Made by a program: the position numbers and the translations under genes. DNA of 64,000 nt from Heptranchias perlo (Eukaryota). Under the pieces are notes generated by a model. It ran no database searches, was not told the DNA's origin, and saw only the letters and a program-made list of their open reading frames with translations. Position 1 is the first letter of the stretch, and every line of letters starts with the position of its first letter. Of the stretch, positions 38,347 through 49,206 are shown piece after piece. The DNA lies in assembly GCF_035084215.1 (NCBI RefSeq), contig NC_090369.1:1674001-1738000 (forward strand). Reading direction: 5' to 3'.

Positions 38347-39350
38347 GCTTTTGGGGGCGGGCGGGGGGGAACAAACACCACCCCACCCCCACACCGCTCG
38401 AACCGGGAGACCGTCCGCAGGCGATGACTCGACAGGGAGGTCCGAGAACCTCCGGGAACCTTCTGGGACCACCGAGAACCTTCTAGAACCTCCGGAAACC
38501 TTCAAGAACCTCCGGAAACCTTCTGGGACCTTCGAGAACCTCCGGAAACCTTCGAGAATCTCCGGAAACCTTCGAGAACTTCCTGGAACCTTGGAGAGCC
38601 TTCGGGAACCTTCTGGGAATCTCGGAGAACCCGCGGGAACCTGCTGGAATCTCGGAGGACCTGCGGGAACCTTCTGGAACCTCCGAGGACCTTCTAGAGC
38701 CTCCGGAAACCTTCGAGAACCTCCGGAAACCTTCTGGAACCTCGGAGAGCCTTCAAGAACCTTCTGGGAATCTCGGAGAACCCACGGGAACCTTCTGGAA
38801 CCTCCGAGGACCTTCTAGAGCCTCCGGAAGCCCTCGAGAACCCCCGGGAGCCCTCGGGAACCTGCTGGAACCTCGGAGAACCTTCGGGAACCTGCTGGAA
38901 CCTCGGAGAAAACCTTCTGGAACCACGGAGAACCTTCGGGAACCTCCTGGGACCGCGGAGAAAACCCTCCGGGACCTCGGGGAACCGTCCAGAACCCTCG
39001 TGGAGAACCTTCTGGAACCTCGTGGAACGCGCGGGCCGTCCGCCTCCCTCCCGCCCGCCTTTCACTTCACCCGAACCTCTTGAGGCGCGTTGTTGGCGGG
39101 AATGGTTTCCCCGGCACGACCTAAACAAAAAAAGGGAAGAAGAAATGCCCGCCCGCCGGCCGGTCCGGTGATTTTTAGACTTTAAATCCGAAGCCGCCTG
39201 AGGCGACGGATTGCGGCTCGTCCAGTCGGGCGGCTGCCACCCGCCACGGTCTATCCTCCGCCTCCCCGCCCTTAGTTTCAGTTCCGTCTTTGCTCCTCTG
39301 GACGGTCCCCGGCGGGTGGGTGGTTTTATTTTTTTCTTTTAAAAATCGAT
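38347..39350. promoter_or_regulatory. Bidirectional CpG-island promoter of WB-2 and WA-2 (HSE-like array, GAS-like TTCTGGGAA, GC boxes, ISRE/EICE-like AGTTTCAGTTCC)
   Basis: 1004 bp between divergent ATGs; CpG-rich; TTCTGGGAA at 38611 and 38762; CCCCGCCC 39264-39271; AGTTTCAGTTCC 39274-39285; CTTTCACTTC ~39059-39068. Confidence 0.65.
38441..39030. repeat. Degenerate 10-bp tandem array (consensus TTCnnGAACC, about 58 units) forming contiguous inverted nGAAn pentamers
   Basis: Visible 10-bp periodicity; GAACCTTCTAGAA 38476-38488, TTCGGGAACCTTC 38601-38613, GAACCTTCTGGAA 38667-38679 and 39005-39017. Confidence 0.9.
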
Positions 39351-42300
39351 ATGGAGGGGATGGACCAAGGCAGCCTCTCGCTTGTCTCCGCGCTGCTCCT
39401 CTTCGCCTGCCCTGCTGCCAGAGGGAGCTCAGCCTCGGGTAAGCCACGACGGCAAAGTTTGCTTTTCTCTCAAAAGGCGGCATCAGTTTTGCATTTCGAC
39501 CAAAAAAAAAGCAACTACTGGATGGGATAAACATAGTGAGAGAGGGGAGTATTAAGGGGTTTGGCATCTCCCCTTAATGATGCCCCTGCCCCGATAAAAT
39601 GCACCCCGGGCTGTTAAAAGAAGCAAGGGAGGAAACAGCGCAGGCTCTGACCATCATTTTCCAATCCTCCCTGGATACAGGAGTGGAGCCGGAGGATTTG
39701 GGGGGGGCCGCTAACGTTGTATCGTTGTTTAAAAAGGGAGCGAGGGATAGACAGGGCCAGTCGGTCTAACCTCGGTGGCAGGCAAATTATTGGAATCAAT
39801 TCTGAGGGACGGCATGAACCGTCATTTCGAAAGGCACGGGTTAGTCAAGGCCAGCCAGCACGGATTTGTTAAGGGAAGGTCGTGTCTGACTAACTTGATG
39901 GAATTTTTTCGAGGAGGGTCGATGAGGGGGGTGCGTTTGATGTAGTCTACATGGATTTTAGCAAGGCTCTTGACAAGGTCCCACTGGTCAGAAAAGTACA
40001 AGCCCATGGGATCCAAGGGAGAGTGGCGAGTTGGATCCAAAATTGGCTCAGCGGCAGGAAGCAAAGGGTGTTTTTTGCGACCGGAAGGCTGTTTCCAGTG
40101 GGGTTCCTCAGTACGAGGTCCCTTTGCTTTTTGTGGTATATATTAATGATTTGGCCCTGAATGTGGGGGGAGCTTGATTAAGAAGTTTGCAGGTGATACA
40201 AAAATTGGCGGTGGGGCTGATAGTGAGGAGGGAAGCTGTAGACTGCAGGAAGATATCAATGGACTGGTCAGGTGGGCAGAAAAGTGGCAAATGGATTTCA
40301 ATCCGGAGAAGTGTGGGTTAATACATTTGGGGAGGGCAAACAAGCCAAGGGAGTACACAATAAATGGGAGGATAGTGAGAGGTGTAGAGGAAGTGAGGGA
40401 CCTTGGAGTGCATGTCCATAGATCCCTAAAGGTAGCAGGACAGGTAGATAAGGTGGTTAAGAAGGCATACGGGATACTTCCCTTTATTAGACTCTATGAC
40501 TTCCCTTTATTAGCTGAGGCAAAGACTATAAGAGCAGGGAGGTTATGCTAGAACTGTATAAAACATTGGTTAGGCGACAGCTTGAGTGCTGCGTACAGTT
40601 CTGTTCACCACATTACAGGAAGGATGTGATTGCACTAGAAAGGGTACAGAGGAGATTTACGAGAATGTTGCCAGGACTGGAGAATTGTAGCTATGAGGGA
40701 AGATTGGATAATCTGGGGTTGTTTTCTTTGGAACAAAGGAGGCTGAGGGGAGATTTAATTGAGGTGTATAAAATTATGAGGGGCCTCGATAGAATGGTTA
40801 GGAAGGACCTATTTCCCTTAGCAGAGAGGTCAATAACCAGGGGGCACAGATTTAAAGTAATTGGTAGAAGGATTAGAGGGGAGCTGAGGAGAATGTTTTT
40901 CACCCAGAGGGTGGTGGGGGTCTGGAACTCACTGCCTGAAAGGGTGGTAGAGGCAGAAACCCTCAACTCATTTAAAAAATACCTGGGGATGTGCACCTGA
41001 AGTGCCGTATCCTACAGGGCTACAGACCAAGTGCTGGAAAGTGGGATTAGGCTAGGTGGCTCATTATCGGCCGGCACGGACACGATGGGCCGATTGGCCT
41101 CCTTCTGTGCCTTAAATTTTCTATGATTCTAACAACAGCTTGCATTTCTATTAAAAGCAACAAAAAAAATACTGCGGATGCTGAAAATCTGAAATGAAAG
41201 CAGAAAATGCTGGTCAGGCAACATGTGGGGAGAGAAACAAGAGTTAACGTCTCAGGTCGATGACCCTTCGCCAGAACTGGAAGAAGTTAAAGATTTAACA
41301 GTTTTTAAGCAAGTACAGAATCAGGGAAAGGGGAGGAAAGAACAAAAGGAAAGGTTTGTGATAGAGTGGAGGGCAGGAGTGACTAGATGAGAAATGCAGA
41401 ATACCTGCAGATGCTGGAAATCTGAAATGAAAACAGAAAATGCAGGAGAAGCTCAGCAAGCGAGGCAGCGTCCGCGAAGAAAGAAACAGGGTTGACGTTA
41501 ATGCAGCTGCGACCTGAAACGTTAACCCTGTTTCTTTTTCCACTGTTGCTGCCTGGCTCGCTGAGCTTTTCCAGCATTTTCTGTGATTGAATGACAAAAG
41601 GGATGATGGTGCAAGGCAAGGAGGGTGGTAACGGGACAAGTAAAGAAACAAAAGATGGGTCTAGAGGAGCTGTAAATGGCAACAGCAGATCCATTACCAG
41701 CACTTGCTGTCCGTAAAAATGGGAGCAGTGGTTACAATCGGAAGTTATTGAACTCAATGTTGAATCCGGAAGGTCGAAAGATGAGGTGCTGTTCCTCGAG
41801 CTTATGTTGAGCTTCATTGGAACAGTGTAAGAGGCCGAGGATAGAGAGGCCAGAATGGGAGTGGGACGGGGAATTAAAATGGCAAGCGACAGGAAGCTCA
41901 GAATCACACTTGCGGACATGGCGGAGGTGTTCAGCTAAGCGATTACCCAGTCTATGTTTGCTCTTCCCCAATGTCGAGGAGACCGCACCGTGAGCAGCGA
42001 ATAAATTGAAAGAAGTACAAGTAAATCGCAGAGATCTGGGAGGGTTGTAGGGCTGGAGGAGGTTACAGTGGTAGGGAGGGGGGGCGAGGCCATGGCGGGG
42101 ATTGGAACACGAGGATGGAGAATTTTAAAATCGAGGCGTTCCCGGACCAGGAGCCAATGTAGGTCAGCGAGCACAGAGGGGTGATGGGTGAACGGGACTT
42201 GGTGCGAGTTAGGATATAGGACAGCAGAGTTTTGGATGAGCTGAAGTTTATGGAGGGTGGAAGATGGGAGGTCAACCGGGAAAGCATTGGAATAGTCAAG

Positions 42301-45300
42301 TCTAGAGGTAACAAGAGGCATGGATGAGGGTTTCAGCAGCAGATGAGCTGAGGTAGGGGCAGAAGTGGACGATGCTACGGAGATGAAAGTAGGGGATCTC
42401 GGTGATGGAGCAGATACGGGGTCGGAAGCTCATCTCAGGGTCAAATAGTAAGGAGAACAATGTGAAACATTTTACAAAAAGAGACATAGAAGCATTGGAG
42501 AAAGTGCAAAAAAGATTTACAAGGATGATACCAGAACTGAGAGTTTCTAACTATCAGGAAGGATTGAACAGACTGGGGGTCTTTTCTCCAGAAAAGAGAA
42601 GGCTGAGGGGTGACCTGATAGAGGTCTTTAAAATTATGAAGGGAGTTCGATAGGGTAGACATAGAGAAGATGTTTTCACTTGTGGGGGAGACCAAAATCT
42701 AGGGGCCATAAGTACAAGATAGTCACTAATAAATCCAATCAGGAATTCAGGAGAAACTTCTTTACCCAGAGAGTGGTGAGAATGTGGAACTTGCTACCAC
42801 AGGGAGTGGTTGAGGTGAATAACAGAAGGATTTAAGGGGAAGCTAAAAAAGTACATGAGGGAGAAAGGAATAGAAGGATATGTTGATAGATTGAGATGAA
42901 GTAGGGAGGGAGGAGGCTCGTTTGGAGTATAAACATAGACTAGATGGACCGAATGGCCTGTTTCTGTGTTGTAAAATTCTATGTATGCAGAGCGACCGGG
43001 GGTGATGGATCTCATTGATCTCTACCTGAGGTGGGATTAGAAAAAGAAAGGACTTTCATTTATATACAGCGCCTTTTCACAACCTCAGGATGTCCCACAG
43101 CACCTTACAGCCAATGATGTACTTTTTTTTTCGAGGTGTAGTCACTGTTGTAACGTAGGATTGCACACAGCAAGATCCCACAAACAGCAATGTGATAAAT
43201 GACCAGAGCATTTGTTTTTATAAGTGATGTTGTGTTGAGGGATAAATATTGGCCCCAGGACACTGGGGAGAACTCCTCTGCTTTTCTTCGAAATAGTGGC
43301 CATGGGTTCTTTCACATCCTCCTGAGAGGGCAGACGGCTTAACGTCTCATCCCGAAAGGCGGCACCTCCGACAGTGCAACTCTCCCTCAGTATTGCACTG
43401 GGAGTGTCAGCCTGGATTATGGGGCTCCAGTCTCTGAAGTGGGACACGAATTTCAGGTTCAAAGATGAGAGTGCTATCCACTGATCCACAGCTGACACCT
43501 TAGAGGGTATTGTTGGGGTGGGGGGGAGTATTTGGACCAGGGAGTACTTTTATATAGGAATTGCTAGATGAGAAAAGACCGAAAACGCCTTCTACCATCC
43601 TGGTAATCGCATGGTACAACGATAATGGAGTTGTTGACTAATCAATAAATACCTGTATCTACATTTATATTACAAATCTTAAATCTAACTTCCTGTTAAA
43701 TTTCTATCTCCACACTTATAATGGGAGCTGCCCATACTGTAATTACACCCTCCCGCCACTGGAGGTGCTGCTGCAATCAGTGTGACATGTTTACATAGGC
43801 AGTTTCAATTATAAATGGAAAAATGAGGACTGAATGTAGGACTCTAACATGGAGCCTGCTGACACTTGCTGCTTGTGCGAGATATGAGGGTTTCCTGGGT
43901 AGACCTTTCAGAGGTATCAACCCTCCAAAGACTTTCAGGTGGCTAAGATGGAAATTCGGGGTGGAATGAAATGAGGATAATCATTAGAAATGACTACATT
44001 TTAAAAATAATTTAAATAAATCATCCTGCAGTCTTCTGAATGCAATTGCTAGGTTAGTTATATTTGTGCTGTGGCCTCTCTAAGAACTGGGGTTGAGATC
44101 ATTCCAGGTTGGACCCATACATCCAGCAGGATTTGAATCCAGGGATGAAAGAACGGTGTCTTAACTGGTAGCACAGGGAATTCTCTGGGTCTCTTGATTA
44201 ACATTTATCCCTCAATCAGTGCCACCAACAACAAATGAACTGCCATTATCTTACTGCTGTTCGTGGGACCTTGTATGCAAATTGGCTGCCATGTTTGCCT
44301 ACATAACAACAGTGACTACATTTCAAAGGTAACTTATTGGCTGTGGAGCATTTTGGGATGCGCAAGATGCTATATAAATGCAAGTATTTTAACCCACTAT
44401 AACCTAAAGGTTGTATATCAGCTCCAAGAAATAACAGTGCGATAATTGAATCCGAAGACATTTCTTTCCCCTTGTTTGTATCCCGTTCAGAAGAAGGGAA
44501 GTTGCTGTTTACCATCTTCTCGACAGATGATCCCAGCCTACCGGAGCTGGTTGCCGAGCTCAGGGCTGAAGACAGAACTGTTGTTTACTTTGACAGCACG
44601 TTGCCAACTGCCCAGATCCTAGTGAGTGGCTTGGAGGAGTATCAACAGTTTTTTGATGAGATTCTGCGGAAAAATAGGGACCGCACCATAGCGTCACAAC
44701 GGAGGCTGATGGACGAAGTGGCAGCTCTGACCAACAACTCACCTTACCCAAATGGTGAGTCTGGGAAGCAGTGACTGGCTGGACCCGATCATTGTCTTCA
44801 ATGAGGTTGTACGGGCATTCATGCAGTACCACAGAGATAGGCAGTTTTCTGTCGTGTCAGTGCCAGTCTTGTGCCACCACCTGCATCTGTCCCAAGTGGC
44901 AGGATATACCCCTGAAAGTATACAGAACCCATAGCAAATTCATGGCAGGACATTCTGTGGGCCTCTGCCACATGAAGCTTCCTCGCTGCCATCCACTTCA
45001 CTTACTCCTTCAATTAGGGGTTTGAGTTAAGAGAGTGATGCACAAGGAGCTAGCACTGTGGGATGTCACATTGACCACATTCACTGTGTGCACTGTTACA
45101 CAAATAGAGCACGTCCCTTCAACGTTGCAGTCAGTTCCTCTGTTTAGAAAGGAACACACCAGCATTAGGAACAGAAACTCGATTTCAATTCAGCATCTAG
45201 ACTGACATCCAGTGCAGTACTGATGGAGTGCTGCATTGGCAGAAGTGTGATCCTTCTGCTGAGGCCCCATCTTCCTCTTCAAGTGAATGTTAAAGATCAC

Positions 45301-47433
45301 TTTAGCACTGTTGGAAGAAGAGCAGGGAGTTCTGATAAACATTCCCCCCCTCCCCCGCTCAACCAACAACACCAAATAACAGATTACCTGCTCTTGGTGG
45401 GATGTTGCCAGCTGCCATGTTTGCCTGCATAACAACAGTGATTACACTTCAAAAGTAATTTGTTGTATCGTGCGACTACCAGGATGGTAGAAGGTGAACT
45501 AGATGGACTTTGGTGTATTTTCGTCTAGCTGTTCCTACGTTCCTATGACTTGTGTGATCGGAGACATGTGTGGTGCAGTACCCCAAACATGGGTCAGCAC
45601 CTTCAGGAGAGCAGGGGGAAAATGTAAAGAAATCAATAAACATTAATTGTCCGTTTATTATGAAATATTTAATTCGGTCTTTTCAGAAATTGCCGAGCTC
45701 TTCCTGTATTCAGAGAAAGCGGTTGCCTTCGGTGAGACAAACATTCTGACCTGTTTCGTCAGTGGTTTTTTCCCTCCGGCAATTACTGTAACACTGCAGA
45801 AGAATGAGGAACCTCTTTTCAGTGAAGTTAACTCCTCGAGGCTCTTGTTTGGTGAAGACTGGCATTTTCAAGTGCTCCTATACACAGAAATCCAGCCAGC
45901 GGCTGGTGACATATATTCCTGTAAAGTGGTTCACACCATCAGCAAAGAGCAAAGAATAATCTACTGGGGTAAGAGAAATGAAATTATTATAGGGTATATT
46001 TCACATTGCTCCATGTGCAGCCAGTGTACCTTGGAAATCAACAGATAGAAAATTGTCGTGATTTTGCAATATGCACTGGGTGCATGCAGGACCATCGCAA
46101 AAATATTACATTAAAATCCTTGCGTTTGTCACAGTTGGCCAATTGTGCATTGAAATGATTGGTTAACAGTGCCATTGACGCTGGTAACGCTTGCTATCAC
46201 TTCCTCCAACGGTGGAACTGAAGACTCTTAAAAAAAAATGACCAGAATGCCTGCAATTCTTACTTGCTGTAGAGTTGGTGCTGGAATAACACCAACTTGC
46301 ATTTATATAGCGCCTATAACGTAAAACGTCCCAAGGCGCTTCACAGGAGCGTTATTAAACAAAATTTGACACCGAGCTACATAAGGAGATATTAGGACAG
46401 GTGACCAAAAGCTTGGTCAAAGAGGCAGGTTTTAAGGAACATCTTAAAGGAGGAGAGAGAGAGGTTTAGGGAGGGAATTCCAGAGCTTAGGGCCTAGGCA
46501 GCTGAAGCACGGTCGCCAATGGTGGAGCGATGAAGATCGGGGATGCGCAAGAGGCCAGAATTGGAGGAGTGCAGAGATCTGGGAGGGTCCTAGGGGCTGG
46601 AGGAGGTTACAGAGATAGGGAGGGGTGAGGCCATGGAGGGATTTGAACATGAGGATGAGAATTTTAAAATTGAAGCATTGCTGGACCGGGAGCCAAAGTA
46701 GGTCAGCGAACGCTGGGAGAACCTCCCTCAGCATGTTACAGGAAGCCAAAAGATATACCATTTCCTCCAACTAACCTCGAGCCAGGGCACGGATGTGCTT
46801 GATGGGATAGTGTAGAGGGAGCTGTACTCTGCATGTAATCTGTATTAACCCAGATGGTGTTACAATTGACCTCTGCACTTCTGGGCTAGTGAGAGGTTAA
46901 ACCAGCCAGGTTTCCTGTTTCCAATCACTATCCAGTGACTCCTGCTGGAATATTGGCTGATAACAGAATTGGGCTACATCTGATCAAATCTGCTGTTGAT
47001 ATTGTCTGGTCTTGCACGTGACGAATGGCCACATGGATGAGGGCTGATTGTAGGAATACTTGGGACACCCGGAGCCTTTGCAACCCATACCCCAGTACCA
47101 TCAGGAGAGAAGGGGGAAACTGGCCACGGTAGAAATGGAACAAAGCACAATAGGAGTTTGAGTAAGGACCTGACCTCACTGTTCGAACTGATTTCTGATT
47201 CATACAGTCCCGAATAAGCTTGTGGTTTGTTTACAGAACCAGAAGTGCCGGATAGCTCGGAAGGAAACGCTGAGCAGGATTCAAGTCAACTTGCTATTTT
47301 AGTCTGTGGGCTGATTGTAGGAATACTTGGGACAGCAGCTGGACTCTGCTTATGTTGCTGGGCGAAACGGGTCAACCGGGTCACTCAGATTATCCAAATG
47401 AATTCCCGCAGGAGGTCATCAGATTCAGCATGA
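39351..47433 (+). CDS. WA: MHC W-category alpha chain (WA-2) with a strongly beta2-microglobulin-like alpha2 domain, about 276 aa
   Basis: Exons: leader 39351-39438 (MEGMDQGSLSLVSALLLFACPAARGSSAS); alpha1 44491-44754 (88 codons); alpha2 45687-45968 (LFLYSE..NILTCFVSGFFPPAITVTLQKN..SRLLFGEDWHFQVLLYTEIQP..YSCKVVH..IIYW); TM plus tail 47237-47433 (ILVCGLIVGILGTAAGLCLCCW..RRRSSDSA*). Phase-1 GT-AG. Confidence 0.88.
39680..41130 (+). mobile_element. CR1 LINE RT fragment in WA-2 intron 1
   Basis: MDFSKALDKVP, KFAGDTK, LYKTLVR.QLE and FTQRVVGVWNSLPE; frameshifted. Confidence 0.92.
41150..42022 (-). mobile_element. Penelope-like element (GIY-YIG endonuclease end) with short derived repeats
   Basis: ORF 41732..41971: G.SKHRLGNRLAEHLRHV..LPVACHFNSPSHS..LEEQHLIFR. 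Confidence 0.75.
42025..42447 (-). mobile_element. L2-clade LINE fragment
   Basis: LVTSRLDYSNA..LHKLQLIQNSA..LADLHWL.V.ERLDFKIL. Confidence 0.85.
42460..42990 (+). mobile_element. CR1 3' fragment
   Basis: [30 protein letters not shown] plus 3'UTR. Confidence 0.88.
43048..43500 (-). mobile_element. Deu-domain tRNA-SINE
   Basis: Full head-to-tail copy on the minus strand; further copies at ~44170-44385(+), 45200-45460(+), 48605-48935(-), 52985-53390(-) and 57805-58165(-). Confidence 0.78.
46290..46712 (-). mobile_element. L2-clade LINE 3' fragment
   Basis: Same 3' end as the copies at 4048 and 5187. Confidence 0.85.
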
Positions 47434-49206
47434 AAAACGAATTCACTGACTCTAACTTTGTGCAATATTTGCTGGCGGTCTGTGACTGTTGCTCTCTCTC
47501 AGGCTATTGGACACAAATCTGTGTGCCATTGCTTTCTTTCCTGTCCCATTGCATTGATTTCAAGATCATCTTCCTCACTTTGAGATTTCTTGCCCCGTCT
47601 ATCAGAGCCATACAGCCCCACATGTGCCCTCTGACTCCTGTTTACTCTTTGTTCCTGCCTCATCTGTTCCGCCGTTGGCAGTTACACTTTTGGCCCCTGC
47701 TCTCCTGATCTCTCAATCTCCCTACCTCGCTCGGCCGTGCCGCCTCCCTCCCTGCTTTTCAGAAGCCTTCTTAAAACCCTTCGCTTTGATACCCCCAACC
47801 CTCTCCATTTTCCCTAATTTTGCTTCTTGCAAAGTGCTGTGTGATGTTTTTCTGTACGTGAGTGCCATTAAAATGGTTGTAAATTAAATAATGTGAAACA
47901 AAAAGCGAAATACTGCAGATGTTGGAAATCTAAAGCAAAAGACAGGCAATGATGGAAATACTCAGCAGGTCAGGCAGCATCTGTGAAGAGCGGAAGGTAG
48001 AGTTCATCGACCTGAAATGTTAACCCTACATTCCTCGCTCCACAGATGCTGCCTGACCTTCTGGGGGAGTTTTTAATTAAATCATGTACTTGATCCTATC
48101 TCGGCTGGGTCTATAGCTTGAGAGATGTTGAAAATGGGTTGTACATCATTTGCAGGGTTAATTTTTTTTAAAAGTTAAAAACTTGATGTATCTTCACTCT
48201 TCAATAGTGACAGAAAATCTGTTAAATAGCAGCAAATGCGAGGAGCTGCCAGAACGCCAACAAAGGTACTGGCACAGGCACGATGGGCGAATGGCCTCCT
48301 TTTGTGCTGTATCATTCTTTAAGGGTAGTGGATTACAATTTAACTAAACATTTAACCCTTGGTAGCACTGGTTACCAGCAACCATTATTCACTAATGATA
48401 AATCTGTCTCTGAAGTTGAGACACTGAATTGTCCCTGGACCAGCACTTTCTGCTGCAATTCATACCAAATCTGTCTCCTTCAAAGTTCAGCCAATGCATC
48501 TCAACTCCGTGGGATCCAAGTGCCTTTTATAACCAAACTTTCCTGCTTCTACCAATGGTAAACCTGAATTTCATTCCATCCTGTGCAAGTCTTTAAAGAA
48601 AGGAAGACTTGCATTTATTTAGCACTTAGCAGGTCTGTCACAAGCATCCCAAAGAACTTCACGTACTTTGCAGTGCAATGGCTATTATTTAGGCAAGCAT
48701 GGCAGCCATTTTGCCTACAGTAAGATCCCATAAGTGGCAATAAGATGACCAGTTAATTTATTTTTTGGTGGTGGTGTTAGTTGAGGGATGTTGGCCAGGA
48801 CACCTGGAGAATTGCCTGGTTGTCCAATAGTGCCACAGGATCTTTAACATCCACCTGAACAACCAGGCCTGGCCTTCGTTTAACATCTCATCCGAAAGGT
48901 GGTGCCTCTGATAATGCAGCATCCTCTCAGTATGGTGGTTATCTTACCTTATAGCATTCATTTTCCAAGGACGAGCTGTGATCCTGGAAGTGGAGGTTTG
49001 CTTTTACACTACATCACGTTAAGTTCAGAAAAGTGTTGCTGTAATTGTGAAATATACATGTGATCATTCTGTTGTTTACCTCTGAACGTGTAGTTAAATA
49101 AAGCAATTAGGGCATTGAATTGTGTCTTGCTCAGCTCTTGATATCTCTGAGATTGTGAAGAATTAACTGATGCATTTATATTGTGCGGTATCACATCCTC
49201 AGGAAG

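Noticed and set aside
38153-39128. 221-aa and 144-aa repetitive ORFs
   Set aside because: By-products of the stop-poor 10-bp array; they overlap the WB-2 leader exon and the promoter.
43823-43898. Alternative WA-2 leader (MRTECRTLTWSLLTLAACARYEGFL)
   Set aside because: Weak donor and overlap with a dispersed repeat; 39351-39438 has a better signal peptide, a GTAAG donor and the head-to-head position.
13175-47433. Calling the genes classical MHC class II, DM, class I or B2M
   Set aside because: The alpha2 domains have the beta2m DW.F motif and lack the core Trp; the beta2 domains have P..D.(T/S)FQ rather than class II NGDW; each gene has one distal domain and its own TM.
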